A stretch of DNA of 64,000 nucleotides from Anaeramoeba ignava BMAN. Its lineage: Eukaryota > Protista > Anaeramoebae. The stretch spans positions 448,275-512,274 of the forward strand of contig JAPDFW010000066.1 of assembly GCA_028826165.1 (NCBI GenBank), in the 5' to 3' direction. A model generated the notes under the pieces. The model saw nothing but the letters and a program-made list of their open reading frames with translations. It did not search any database and was not told where the DNA came from. Below are positions 1 to 14,400 of the stretch, in pieces. Within the stretch, counting starts at the first letter, position 1. The number at the start of each line of letters is the position of its first letter. The position numbers and the translations under genes were made by a program.

Positions 1-338
1 ATTTTAATATTTATATTAATATTTATTCAATATTTTAATATTTTCAATATTTATTAATATTTATTTAATATTTAATAATATTTATTAATTTTAATATTTA
101 TAATATTTATTAATATTTTAATATTTTCAATATTTATTAATATTTATAATATTTTCAATATTTATTAATATTTTAATATTTAAATATTTTCAATATTTAT
201 TAATATTTTAATATTTAAATATTTTCAATATTTATTAATATTTTAATATTTAAATATTTTCAATATTTATTAATATTTTAATATTTAAATATTTTTAATA
301 TTTATCAATATTTATTAATATTTTTAATATTTTCAAAG

Positions 339-3300
339 TTGGCAATATTCTTCAGCGTCAACATTAAAAACCACTTCCGAATTAGGAAGATCAGGAAGAA
401 GTTATGAAGGAGGAGGATATGCAGTTGATTTTCCGAAAGGAACAAACAACACAGCCGCGATTGACTATCTTCAGAATAACGATTTCCTTGACAAATCAAG
501 TCGAGCTTTATTTGTTCACATTCATCTTTACAATATAAACTCAAATCAATTTATGGCTTTGGTTCCCTTATTCGAGATTACTGCAGGTGGTTTAGTCATT
601 CCAAGTGTTTCAATTCGTGCTTTCCGTCTTGATTTATATCCTTTTTATTATCATTTTTATTATCATTTTTATTATCATTTTTATTATCATTTTTATTATC
701 ATTTTTATTTATTTAAAAAAATTATTTACAATTTTTAATTGATTTTCTTTGACTCAAACTTACATATTTGACTGCAATTGATTATTATAGGGGAGTTCTT
801 GAAGTTATTATAGTTCTTTTTGTTATTTATTATACTATTTCAACAGTTAGAGATGTAAATTAAATTAAATTATTTTTTTTAAAATTAAATTAAATTAAAT
901 TATATTTATTTAAAAAAAAATTTTCCTCAATTTTTTTAATTTTTAGGTTGTCAAAACTTATTTTAACAGAGGAAATCCTCTTTTATATTTCTTTAATATT
1001 TGGAATCTCGTTGATTTTGTGAATTTAGTTGTAATTTTACTTCAAAATGATTTGAATTAAATTTAAAATTAAATTTAAAAAAAAATATTTTCATTTTCAA
1101 AAAAAAAAAAAAGTTATTTTGGGCGTTAATTATCATGCATATTTCCTATCTTGTTGAAGTTAACAAAACAAATGCAGATTTGGATAGCAACGATTTTGTT
1201 CCACTTTCAATTTTGGCGAAGAAATATATGATGTTTATGTCGGTGATTTCCTTTAATGTTTTTTTGACTTGGTTCAAAATTTTTAAATTCCTTCGATTAA
1301 ACAAAAGAATGCTACTACTTTGGGACACACTTTCAGATGTAAATGAATGTGGTTGATTTCTTTTTAGTTTTCATTGCATTGATTTCCTATTTGGATTTTT
1401 TTTGTTTTTTGTTAGGCTGCTCCTGATATTACAATTTTTCTTACTTTCTTTCTTATTGTTTTTATTGCTTTTGCAACAATGGGTTTTGTTTTATTTGGGC
1501 CTGTTATTGATACATTTAGAGATTTTTCACAATCTATTATTACTTGTTTTCAGATGGCACTTGGTGATTTAAGTTTAGATGATCTTCGATTAGGAAATCG
1601 ATTTTTAGGACCTATTGTATTTATTAATTATTTTTAATTCAAAATAATTTACAAAATAATTTTAATTCAAAATAATTTACAAAATAATTTAATTCAAAAT
1701 AAATTTAATTCAAAATAATTTTAATTCAAAATAAATTTAATTCAAAATAAATTTAATTCAAAATAATTTAATTCAAAATAATTTAATTCAAAATAATTTA
1801 TTTCAAAATAATTTATTTAAAAATAATTTAATTCAAAATAATTTATTTCAAAATAATTTATTTCAAAATAATTTATTTCAAAATAATTTATTTCAAAATA
1901 ATTTACAAAATAATTTAATTCAAAATAAATTTAATTCAAAATAAATTTAATTATAAATAATTTTAATTCAAAATAATTTACAAAATAAATTATTTCAAAA
2001 TAATTTTAATTCAAAATAAATTTATTTCAAAATAATTTATTTCAAAATAATTTTAATTCAAAATAAATTTATTTCAAAAATAAATTTAATTCAAAATAAT
2101 TTTATTTCAAAATAATTTTAATTCAAAATAAATTTAATTCAAAATAATTTAATTCAAAATAATTTTAATTCAATATAATTTACAAAATAATTTTCAAAAT
2201 AAATTCAATTCAAAATAATTTACAAAATAATTTTATTTCAAAATATTTCAAAAATAATTAAAATTAAAATTAAATTTAAATCAAAATTAAATCAAAATTT
2301 AATTCAAAATTTTTATTAATTTCAAAATAATTTTTTAATTCAAAATAAATTTAATTCAAAAATAATTTAATTCAAAATATTTTAATTCAAAAATAATTTT
2401 AATTCAAAATAAATTTAATTCAAAATAAATTTAATTTGAAGAAAAAGTTGATACAAAATAATTTAATTCAAAATAAATTTAATTCAAAATAATTTAATTC
2501 AAAATAAATTTAATACAAAATAATTTAATTATAAATATTTTAATTCAAAATAATTTATTTTTCTTTTTAATTTAAAAATAAATTTAAATTCTGAATTTAA
2601 AAATATGTTTTTTTAAAATTATTAATCGTAAAATGAATGTTAAAAAAAAAAAAAAGCTATTAAAAATCTTTTAAAAGAAATTTTCGAAACAAATTTAAAT
2701 TAAATTCAAAAATAAATTTAAAAATAAATTTAATTTTGAAATTTAAAAATGAATTTTAAAAAATTCAAAAACTTAAAGGTTTTTAAAAATAATGTTTAAA
2801 AATGTTGTCCTTCGAAAAAAAAATAAATTTTAAAAGTTCAATTTGAAAAAAAATTTAAATGAATTTAAAGCATTAAAAAAAATGAATTTAAAAATGAATT
2901 TAAAAATAAAAATTTAAAAATGAATTTAAAAACAAATTTAAAAATGAATTTAAAAATGAATTTAAAAATAAATTTAAAAATAAATTTAAAAATGAATTTA
3001 AAAATAAATTTAAAAATAAATTTAAAAATAAATTTAAAAATAAATTTAAAATAAATTTAAAAATAAATTTAAAAATAAATTTAAAAATAAATTTAAAAAT
3101 GAATTTAAAAATAAATTTAAAAATAAATTTAAAAATAAATTTAAAAATGAATTTAAAAATAAATTTAAAAATGAATTTAAAAATGAATTTAAAAATGAAT
3201 TTAAAAATGAATTTAAAAATGAATTTAAAAATGAATTTATAAATGAATTTATAAATAAATTTATAAATGAATTTATAAATGAATTTAAAAACAAATTTAA

Positions 3301-4014
3301 AAATGAATTTAAAAATGAATTTAAAAATAAATTTAAAAATGAATTTAAAAATAAAAAAATTTAAAAATAAATTTAAAAATGAATTCGCTAAAATTTTGCA
3401 TATTAAATCAAAAACACAAAAAAAGAAAAAAGAAGAGAGTTTAGAAGATGTTTCAGAAGTAATTATTCTTAATTTTAATTTCAATTTCAATTTCAATTTC
3501 AATTTTAATTTCAATTTTAATTTAATTTCAATTTTAATTTCAATTTTAATTTTGATTTTAATTTTAATTTCAATTTTAATTTCAATTTTAATTTTAATTT
3601 CAATTTCAATTTTAATTTTGATTTTAATTTTGATTTTAATTTCAATTTTAATTTTGATTTTAATTTTAATTTCAATTTTAATTTTGATTTTAATTTTGAT
3701 TTTAATTTCAATTTTAATTTTAATTTTAATTTCAATTTTAATTTTGATTTTAAATTTTAATTTTAATTTTAATTTTAATTTCAATTTTAATTTCAATTTT
3801 AATTTCAATTTTAATTTTAATTTCAATTTCAATTTCAATTTCAAAACAGGTATTGAAATCTGAATATGAATCACTACAACAATCTTTAGGAAAATTGGAA
3901 GAAAGGGTTAATCAATTAACAAGTGATAACAATAATGATAACAATAACAATAATAATGATAACAATAACAATAACAATAACAATAATGATAACAATAATG
4001 ATAACAATAATTGA
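339..4014 (+). CDS. Polycystin-2 (PKD2/TRPP)-like cation channel; 5' end outside window, multi-exon
   Basis: Exons ~339-635, 764-854, 948-1030, 1114-1338, 1416-1616, ~3380-3458 and 3850-4014 give the TOP-domain motifs YEGGGY..DFLDKSSRALFVHIHLYN..FEITAGGLVIP, S4 WFKIFKFLRLNKRM, pore FQMALGDL..NRFLGPI and a C-terminal coiled coil. No S6 exon could be found. Confidence 0.85.
636..763 (+). other. U12-type (minor spliceosome) AT-AC intron
   Basis: 5' end ATATCCTTT; branch-like TTTTCTTTGAC at 743-753; ends in TTAC. Removal joins RLDL-YLTAIDYYRGVLEVIIVLFVIYY in frame, as expected for PKD2 S2. Confidence 0.85.
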
Positions 4015-4287
4015 AAGTGAATTCTTTTTGGATTTTATTTTGAATTTTGGATTTTGGATTTTGGATTTTGGATTTCTTTTTATTCTTTTTTTTGGAATTT
4101 ATTTTTTAATTTCTTTTTTTTTTTGAAATTTCTTTTTCAAGTTTCTTTCCATTGGTTTTAATAAAAAAACAGAAAAATGATTTTCATTTTTTTCCTTTTT
4201 TTTCTTTTTTGTTCTTCTTTTCCTTTTTTTCTTTTTTTCCTTTTTTTGTTCTTCTTTTCTTTAAAATTAATTTAAAATTAATTTAAA

Positions 4288-5371
4288 ATGTCTAATCAAG
4301 ACGATGAAATTGAAAAAGCATTACAATTAACATTACAATTAGGAGCACAATTTGGATGGGGAGGAGGTACAGCAGTTAAAACCGAAACAAAACCAAAAAC
4401 AACAGGAAGAACAACAAGAAAATCACCACAAAAAATAGAAAGAACAAATTATCAACGAACAAGTTATCAATCAAGAGAATCACCAAAACAAGAACCACAA
4501 AGAACACAAATTCACAATGTCAGTCCACAAAAAACAAGTTATCAATCAAAACCAACACAAAAAAAACAACAACAACTTATCAAACAAGAACAAATTGGAA
4601 AGAACCTGAACCAAAAAGAAGTTCTCCAAAAGTTGAACCAAAAACAACAACAACTTATCAAACAAGAACAAATTGGAAAGAACCTGAACCAAAAAGAGTT
4701 CTCCAAAAGTTGAACCAAAAACAACTTCAACTTATCAAACAAGAACAAATTGGAAAGAACCTGAACCAAAAAGAGTTTCTCCAAAAGTTGAACAACCCAA
4801 AACAACAACAACTTGGAATAAACCGAATTATTATAAAAATGATTATTATCAAAATGATTCTTATAAAAATGATTCTTATAAAAATGATTATTATAAAAAT
4901 GATTCTTATAAAAATGATTCTTATAAAAATGATTCTTATAAAAATGATTCATATCAAAATGATTCTTATCAAAATGATTCTTATAAAAATGATTCTTATA
5001 AAAATGATTCTTATAAAAATGATTCTTATAAAAATGATTCTTATAAAAATGATTCTTATCAAAATGATTCTTATCAAAATGATTCTTATAAAAATGATTC
5101 TTATAAAAATGATTCTTATAAAAATGATTCTTATAAAAATGATTCTTATAAAAATGATTCTTATAAAAATGATTATTATCAAAATGATTCTTATCAAAAT
5201 GATTCTTATAAAAATATTCAATCCCAAATAAATGGAATTGATAATCAGATCGAAGAAATTTTTCAAGAAATTGAATATATTCGAATGGAAAAAGATCAAC
5301 AAATTAATAAATTAGAAAAGGAAATAGAAATTTTACAAAAACAAAAGGATGCTCTTCTGGATTTAATTTAA
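4288..5371 (+). CDS. Short paralog of the repeat/coiled-coil protein, with a (YKNDS)n expansion; frameshifted (pseudogene or sequence error)
   Basis: The 5' end is nearly identical to the gene at 5483. Indels lie in A-runs. It ends in coiled coil ...LEKEIEILQKQKDALLDLI* and lacks the polyPro/WH2 tail. Confidence 0.55.
4830..5215 (+). repeat. 15-bp coding minisatellite (TATAAAAATGATTCT)n, ~25 copies
   Basis: Tandem array read directly from the sequence. Confidence 0.95.
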
Positions 5372-5482
5372 TTATTAATTAATAATAATAAATTTCAAAT
5401 AATAAATTTCAATTTGAAAAATTTTTTTGCTTTTTTTTTCATTTTTTTTTTTTTCATTTTTTTTCTTTAAAATTAATTTAAA

Positions 5483-7299
5483 ATGTCTAATCAAGACGAT
5501 GAAATTGAAAAAGCATTACAATTAACATTACAATTAGGAGCACAATTTGGATGGGGAGGAGGTACAGCCAGTTAAAACCGAAGCAAAACCAAAAACAACA
5601 GGAAGAACAACAAGAAAATCACCACAAAACACAGAAAGAACAAATTATCAACGAACAAGTTATCAATCAAGAGAATCACCAAAACAAGAACCACAAAGAG
5701 CACAAATTCGCAATGTCAGTCCACAAAAAACAAGTTATCAATCAAAACCAACACAAAAAACAACAACAACAACTTATCAAACAAGAGTATCCCCCAAAAA
5801 GGAAACACAAAAAGCAGAAATTCGTAACGTTAGTTCACAACAAAGAACTTCGCCACAAAGAAGTTCTCCAAAAAATGAACCAAAAACAACTTCAACTTAT
5901 CAATCAAGAACAAATTGGAAAGAACCTGAACCAAAAAGAGTTTCTCCAAAAGTTGAACCAAAAACAACTTCAACTTTTCAATCAAGAACAAATTGGAAAG
6001 AACCTGAACCAAAAACAGTTTCTCCAAAAAATGAACCAAAAACAACAACAACTTATCAATCAAGAACAAATTGGAAAGAACCTGAACCAAAAAGAGTTTC
6101 TCCAAAAAATGAACCAAAAACAACTTCAACTTTTCAATCAAGAACAAATTGGAAAGAACCTGAACCAAAAAGAGTTTCTCCAAAAGTTGAACAACCCAAA
6201 ACAACAACAACTTGGAATAAACCTAAAACAGAAGAACCTAAAATCGAAAAACCAAAAACAACTTGGAATCAACCTAAAACTGAAGAACCTAAAATCGAAA
6301 AACCTAAAACAACTTGGAATCAACCTAAAGTTGAAGAACCTAAAATTGAAAAACCAAAAACAACTTGGAATCAACCTAAAACTGAAGAACCTAAAATTGA
6401 AAAACCTAAAACAACTTGGAATCAACCTAAAACTGAAGAACCTAAAATTGAAAAACCAAAAACAACTTGGAATCAACCTAAAACAACTTGGAATCAACCT
6501 AAAGTTGAAGAACCTAAAATCGAAGAACCTAAAATTGAACAAAATGATTCTTTCCAAAATCAACAAGAAAATTCAGATTCAAATATTCAATCGCAAATCA
6601 ACCAAATTGAGACTCAAATTGACAAAATTGAAAAAGAAATTGAAAAGCTTCAAACAGAAGAAGACAAGAAAATCGAGCGATTAGAAAAAGAGCTTGAAAT
6701 GCTACAAAAAGAAAACGAAGATCTTCTCAATCAATCAAAAACAACAGATTCAAATCAACTCGATTATCTCGAAAAAGAACTGGAAGAATTAATGACAGAA
6801 AACAAAAGCCTAAAAAGTCGATCACAAGAAGAAGTTGAGGAAAGAATAGTTGATGAACAGAAAATTCGGGAATTGAACAAAAAACTGGAAGAGTTGATGA
6901 TGCAATACGATTCAATTGAAGAGCAAGAGGTCAACGAACAACCAAAACAAGGAGGACCACCACCACCCATTAACAGAGGACCACCACCACCAACAGGCGG
7001 ACCACCACCTCCTATTCCTACAAGAGGGACCTCCACCGCCAACAGGAGGAACTCCACCACCAACGGATTCTTCTCCTCCTAATTCAATGAATTCTGCTCT
7101 TTTATCTTCCATTAATAACTTCTCGAAAAATAAACTCAAGAAAGCCAAAACTAATGACAGAAGCTCTCCTATTATCTCAGGAAAATCTGATAGTGGTAAT
7201 TCTGGTGGTGGAACTACAAGATCAACTCCTTCAAATCCTCTTTTGGCTGAAATGCAAAAAAAACGTGGTGGTTTGAAATCAAGAGGAAAACGTTTTTAA
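5483..7299 (+). CDS. UIM-like/Trp-repeat/coiled-coil/polyproline/WH2 (WIP-verprolin-type) actin regulator
   Basis: ATG at 5483; two 1-nt frameshifts (~5569, ~7028) join the ORFs. C-terminus has GPPPP repeats, ALLSSINNFSKNKLKKAKTNDRSSPII (WIP-type WH2) and a second WH2-like NPLLAEMQKKRGGLKS. Confidence 0.7.
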
Positions 7300-7719
7300 T
7301 TTTCTTTTAATTTTTTTACCAATTCAAAATTTTTTTTTCCCTAATTCCACTTTTTTTTTTCTTTTCAAAATTTCAATTCAATTCCAAAAAACAAAATTAA
7401 AAACAAAATCAAAACAAAATCAAAACAAAAATTTCTTTTCTTTTTTTTTTAAATTTAATTTGCTTTCACTTTTATTTCTTATACTTTTTTTTTTGTTCTT
7501 TTTTGGTTTTTTTTTTATTGGAAAAAGTAAATTAATTCTCAAAAAAAATAAAAACCAAAAAAGAAACAAACAATCAAAAAAAAAAAAATCCAAAAGAGAA
7601 ATTGAAAAAAAAAAACAAAAAGAATTTAGCAAAAAAAAATTGTTTTTTTTCTGAAGCAATAACAGTATTTGCTTAACAAAAAGAAAAAGAAAAGAAAGAG
7701 AGAAAAACAAATATTGAAA

Positions 7720-10700
7720 TTAAACTTGATTGTTAGAAGTAACAACAGTATTTTGAATTGAATCCTAAAATAAAAGAATTTAAATTAATTTTAAATAATT
7801 TTAAATAATTTTAAATAATTTTAATTTTAAATAATTTTAAATATAAATTTACAAAAACGTTTTTAATATTATCTGTATCAGTCGCACAAGTAAAATGAGT
7901 AATAATTTGTCTTTGTGCTTTCTTTGATTTAATAGTTCCAGTTTCAAGAAATTTGTTTTTAATAAATTCTGTAGCATTATTATAATTCAAACCTCCATCA
8001 TATTCAGGCCAACAAACAGTTAAATCAACTTTGGAAATTTTTTCTTCAAAAAGATCTCTTTTATTAAATAAAAGAATACAATTCTTTTTCTTAAATGATG
8101 GATGATTCACTGTTTTATCAAATAATGCTAGTGATTCTCTCATTCTATTAATTGATTCATCTTCATATAGTTTTTGATCGTATTCGCTCAGTGCAACTAC
8201 ATAAATCAAAACTGTTACATCATCAAATTGATGGATCCATTTTCTTCTTTCTGATCTTTGTCCTCCAACATCCACAACTCTTTTAAATTATTTTAATTTT
8301 AATTTTAATTTTAATTTTAATTTTAATATTTAATTCTAATTTTAATTTTAATTTTTAATTTTAATTTTTAATTTTTAATTTTAATTTTAATTTTAATTTT
8401 AATTTTTATTTTAAATTTGATTTTAATTTTAATTTCAATTTTAATTTTAATTTTAATTTTAATTTTAATTTTAATTTTTAATTTTAATTTTTAATTTTAA
8501 TTTTAATTTTAATTTTAATTTTAATTTTAATTTTAATTTTAATTTTAATTTTAATTTTAATTTTTAATTTTTAATTTTAATTTTAATTTTAATTTTAATT
8601 TTAATTTTAATTTTATTTTTAATTTTAATTTTTAATTTTAATTTTAATTTTAATTTTTAATTTTAATTTTAATTTTAATTTTAATTTTAATTTTAATTTT
8701 TAATTTTAATTTTCGATTTTAATTTTAATTTTAATTTTGATTTTAATTTTGATTTTAGTTTTAATTTTAATTTTAAATTTAATTTTAAATTTGATTTTAA
8801 TTTTAATTTTAATTTTATAAATGAATTTTAATTTTAAATTTAATATTAATATTGATTTTAATTTTAATTTTAATTTTAATTTTAATTTTAATTTTAATTT
8901 TAATTTAAATTTTGATTTTAATTTTAATTTTAATTTTAATTTTAAATTTAATTTTAATTTTTAATTTTAATTTTAATTTTAATTTTAATTTTAATTTTAA
9001 TTTAATTTTTAAATTTAATTTTAATTTTTAAATTTTAATTATAATTTTAATTTTAATTTTAATATTAAATATTAAATTACCTCCAAGGTAAATCTTTTAA
9101 TGTAAAAGTTAAAACTTTAACTCCTGTTGTTGGAATTCTACTTCTAAGAACATCTTGTTCAGATGGACTATAACTTGGTTCAATAATTCTATCAATATTA
9201 TCCAAAAAACTATATCAAAAAAAGAAAAAGAAAAAAATTTAAATTGATTTTTTTTTTTAAATAATTTTTAGAAATAATTACTATGAAGCTGAGTCTGGAA
9301 GTTGAAATTCAGATCTTCTATCATAAGCAATTCTTAAAGCAGGATCTTTCCATAATCTTTTAATACTTTGAACAACATTTGGGGGTACCATAGTTTTACT
9401 TAAACCTGCAGATTCAAGAAAATCATCTGCAAGATCCTATTTTAAGTTATAATTTTAATTTTGAATTTAATTTTAATTTTAATTTTAATTTTAATTTTAA
9501 TTTTAATTTTAATTTTTAAATTTTAATTTTAATTTTAATTTTAATTTTAATTTTAATTTTAATTTTAATTTTAATTTTAATTTTAATTTTAATTTTAATT
9601 TTAATTTTAATTTTAATTTTAATTTTTAATTTTAATTTTAATTTTAATTTTAATTTTAAAATTTAATTTTAATTTTAATTTTTAATTTTAATTTTTAATT
9701 TTAATTTTAATTTTAATTTTTAATTTTTATTTTAATTTAAATTTTAAATTTTTAATTTTAATTTTAATTTTAATTTTAAATTTTAATTTTAATTTTAATT
9801 TTAATTTTAATTTTAAATTTTTAATTTTAATTTTAATTTTAATTTTAATTTTAATTTTAATTTTAATTTTAATTTTAAATTTTAATTTTAATTTTGATTT
9901 TAATTTTAATTTTAATTTTAATTTTAATTTTAATTTTAATTTTAATTTTAATTTTGATTTTAATTTTAATTTTAAATTTAATTTTAATTATAATTTTTAA
10001 ATGAATTTTAATTTTAATTTTATAAATGAATTTTAATTTTAATTTAAATTTTAAATTGAATTATTTTTTTTTCGCAAAATTGATAAAAAAAACCTCATTT
10101 TCTTTTAGAAGAGGAATATTCAATTCTCTAGCAGCATTAATCAACATTTTAGTGTGTGCAATTAAATTAAATCGAATAACATTAAGATAAGCTTTCTTAT
10201 CTTCATCAGTAAAACCTTCTTTAAAAAGAATTTGAATTTGTTTAACAAAAGTACTTTTTCCAGAATCACCAGTTCCTTTTAAAATTATCAATTAAATTAT
10301 AAATAAAAATTGTAAATAAAATTATAAATCAAATTATAAATTAAATTATAAATAAAATTGTAAATTAAATTATAAATTAAATAATAAATAAAATTATAAA
10401 TAAAATTATAAACAAAATTATAAATAATATTATAAATAAAATTATAAATAATATTATAAACAAAATTATAAATTAAATTATAAATAAAATTATAAATAAA
10501 ATTATAAATTAAATTATAAATCAAATTATAAATAAAATTATAAATAAAATTATAAATAAAAATAAAAGTGTAAAATTATAAATAAAAATTATAAATAAAA
10601 TTGTAAATTAAATTATAAATCAAATTGTAAATCAAATTATAAATTAAAATTATAAATAAAATTATAAATTAAATTATAAATAAAATTATAAATAAAATTA

Positions 10701-11305
10701 TAAATAAAATTATAAATTAAATTATCTATTTTTTGTTTCTTTTTCATTTGTAATTTTCCACATTTTTATCTTAATAAATTCGTTAAAATTAATCATAAAT
10801 AAAATAATTATATTATTTAATGGTAATTCGTCAATAATTTTAATTCAAAAATTATTATCAAATTCAATAAATTTTTGAATAGTTTTTTTTTTTTTGATTA
10901 TATTATTTTTAAATAATTATTTTATTTGATTTAAGTAAATAAATTAAATGCCAAATGTTTTTTATTAATATTTATAAGTAATATTTATTTTTTAGCAATT
11001 TTTATAATTATTTTTTTATTATTGCAAAGTCATCAAACCAAAAAAAATATTTTTAAAAAAAAAAACACAACAAAAAAAATCAAAAATCATATTTTTTTTT
11101 TTAAATGGTAATTTTTTTTTTTTGATCTGAAAGTTTTTTTAATTAATTTTTAATTAAATAAATTGAATAAATAAATACCAGTGATCAACAACTTAATTTC
11201 TTTTGCTGCGATCTCTTTCTCTTTTTGTAGTCTTTCTTCGATCTCTTTGTTTTTCTTTTCTTCTTGTTTTCGTAATCTTTTTGCTCTTGATAATTTAGAA
11301 CCCAT
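7720..11305 (-). CDS. Heterotrimeric G-protein alpha subunit (6 exons)
   Basis: Exons 11305-11179, 10275-10094, 9436-9282, 9209-9081, 8279-7853, 7764-7720, all GT-AG. MGSKLS myristoylation motif, GTGDSGKST, RIPTTG, DVGGQRSERRKW, NKRD, TCATD. Confidence 0.95.
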
Positions 11306-11475
11306 AAAAAAAATGGCAAAAGAAAAAATAACAACAATAAAAACAAAAAAAAAATGAATTAAAAAAAAATTAAAAAAAAAATTTAAAATTAAAAAAAAAA
11401 GAGGAAAAAAAATAAAATTAAAAAAATATTTTTTCTCCTTTTTTTTTTCATTTTTTTTCTTTTTTAAATTATTCT
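11306..11475. promoter_or_regulatory. Compact bidirectional promoter region (G-alpha / XRCC1)
   Basis: 170 bp between divergent ATGs; an A-rich half then a T-rich half, with TCA-T-tract motifs on each strand. Confidence 0.55.
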
Positions 11476-14400
11476 ATGAATTCAATTCAATTATCAATTA
11501 TTGAATGTTCTTCTCAAAGTCATTCAAATCCTGCAATAAATATATTAAATGATGATCCAAATAAAGTTTGGTTAGCAGAAAAAAATCAACAAAAAGCTGA
11601 TTTACTTATTCAATTAAACAAAGAAATAATAATTAATAAAATTATTTTATTAAATGCAGGTTCTCATTGTGTTGAAGTAATTTATAATATTAATATTAAT
11701 TTTTATTTAAATTTTAATTTTAATTTATTTTAATTTTAATATTTGATTTTAATTTTAATTTTAATTTTAATTTTAATTTTAATTTTTAATATTAATATTA
11801 ATTTTAATTTTAATAAATAATTTTAATTTTAATTTTAATTTTAATTTTAATTTTAATTTTAATTTTAATTTTAATTTTAATTTTATAAATGAATTTTAAT
11901 TTTAATTTTATAAATGAATTTTAATTTTAATTTTAATTTTAATTTTAATTTTAATTTTAATTTTATAAATGAATTTTAATTTTTGATTTTTCAAAGATTT
12001 TAGTTGGAAAATCAAAAGAAAAAAGCATTTTTAAAGTAATAATACCAAATACACAATTGATGTCACCAAACGAAATCAAAAACAACACAAATTCAAATCG
12101 AAAATTTGAATTTCCAAGTGATAAATTTCCAAGATTAGTTAAAAATGAAAAATGGGATCAAATTATGATAAAAATATCACATATTGGAATAGGACCAAAT
12201 GATACAATTGGATTATCATATTTAGAAATCAAAGGAGGAGAATTAGCTAATACAACATCTCAACAATCTAGAGAAAGGAAAATACCAACATCTTTATTAT
12301 CTTTATTTTCAAAATCAACTAATACAAATCAAGTGGATTTATCTGTTAAAAATTTACAAAAAGATGATAATTTAAAGAAAGATGATGATTTAAAAAAACC
12401 ACAAAATTTAAAAAAAAGAAAGAAAAAAATTGAGAAAGATAATGAATCAGATAATAAACAAATTAAAAAAGAAAAGAAAAAGCAATCAAAAAAATCAAAA
12501 GATACAAAAAAATCAAAAGATACAAAAAATAAAAAAGATACAAAAGATACAAAAGATACAAAAAATAGAAAAGATATAAAAGATAAAAAAGATAAAAAAG
12601 ATACAAAAGATAAAAAAGATAAAAAAGATAAAAAAGATAAAAAAGATAAAAAAGATAAAAAGATACAAAAGATACAAAAGATACAAAAGATATACAAAAG
12701 ATAAAAAGATACAAAAGATACAAAAGATACAAATATTTCAAAACCTGCTTTTGTATTTCTTTATTCATTTTTAAAAATTACTGAATTTGATTTTTATTCT
12801 ATTTTTCTCATATTTTCTTTGGACATATTTATTTATAATTTAAAAGGATGGTGTTCTATTTACATTATCAGGATTTCAAGGAGATGAAAGAAAAGAATTA
12901 AGAGAAAAAGGAATTAAATTAGGTGCTAAATATGATAAAAGTATTACTCCAAAATGTACTCATTGTGTTGCTGCATTTTTAAATGTTTTTAAAGTTAAAG
13001 AAGCTCAAAGTAATTTTTATTTTAAATTTTTTAAAAAATTTTAATTAAAAATTATTATTATTATTATTATTATTTTTTTAAAATTATTATTTTTACAACA
13101 TTAAATTATTACCTTCAAAATCAGAAGATTATTATTATGATTACAGATGATGAAAAAAGTGATAACAAATATGATTTAAATGTAAAACATCTGAAAAATA
13201 GACTATTCATTTACAAATTATTTACAAACTTATTTACAAACTAAATATAAAATTAAATATAAAATTATTTATAAACTATTTATTAAATTATTTATTTTAC
13301 AAACTTATTTACAAACTAAATATAAAATTATTTATAAAATTATTTACATATTTAAATATAAAATTATTTATAAAATTATTTTATAAAATTAAATATAAAA
13401 TTATTTATAAAATTATTTTATAAAATTATTTATAAAATTAATTATAAAATTATTTATTATTATAAAATTAATTATAAAATTAAATATAAAATTAAATTAT
13501 ATTATTATTTTAAAATGGTCAATTTGTTGTTAAAAAGAAAATTATAGATTCAGAAAAAGAGAATAAAAATTATTTGAAAAATTATTCTTTTACAACAAAA
13601 ATTATTTCAAAATCAGAAAAATTAATGATGAAAAATTAATTATAAATTTTAAATAAAAAATTGAAAATATAAAATTCATTTACAAATTATTTACAAAATT
13701 ATTTATAAAATTAAATATAAAATTAAATAAAATTTATACTTAATTATAAAATTAATTATAAAATTATTTATAAAATTATTTATAAAATTATTTACAAAAT
13801 TATTTATAAAATTATTTATAAAATTAATTATAAAATTAATATAAAATTAAATATAAAATTATTTATAAAATTATTTATAAAATTATTTATAAAATTAAAT
13901 ATAAAATTATTTATAAAATTATTTATAAAATTAATTATAAAATTAATTATAAAATTAAATATAAAATTATTTATAAAATTATTTATAAAAATTATTTAAA
14001 ATAAAATTAAAATTTTTATAAAAATTATTTATAAAATTATTTATAAAAATTTATAAAATTATTTATAAAATTATTTTATAAAATTATTTATAAAATTATT
14101 TATAAAATTAATTATATAAAATTATTTATAAAAATTATTTTAAAATTATTTATAAAATTATTTATAAAATTAAATATAAAAATTAATAAAATTAATTATA
14201 AAATTATTTATAAAATTATTTATAAAATTATTTATAAAAATTATATATAAAATTAAATATAAAATTATTTATAAAATTAAATATAAAATTAAATATAAAA
14301 ATAAATATAAAATTATTTATAAAATTAAAATGTAAAAATTTATAAAATTATTTATAAAATTATTTATAAAATTTATTTATAAAATTATTTATAAAATTAT

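Noticed and set aside
2900-3874. Long low-complexity ORFs ([16 protein letters not shown] types) here and at 10297, 20577, 25229, 26153, 48970 and 51150
   Set aside because: Stop-free frames of intronic or intergenic microsatellites, not genes.
7654-7674. Small hairpin AAGCAA..TTGCTT between convergent genes
   Set aside because: Only a short stem, with no recognisable snoRNA or tRNA features.
12753-12846. XRCC1 intron GTATTTCTTT with TTTTCTTTGGAC as a U12 GT-AG candidate
   Set aside because: It lacks the diagnostic CC at +5/+6 and is adequately explained as U2-type.
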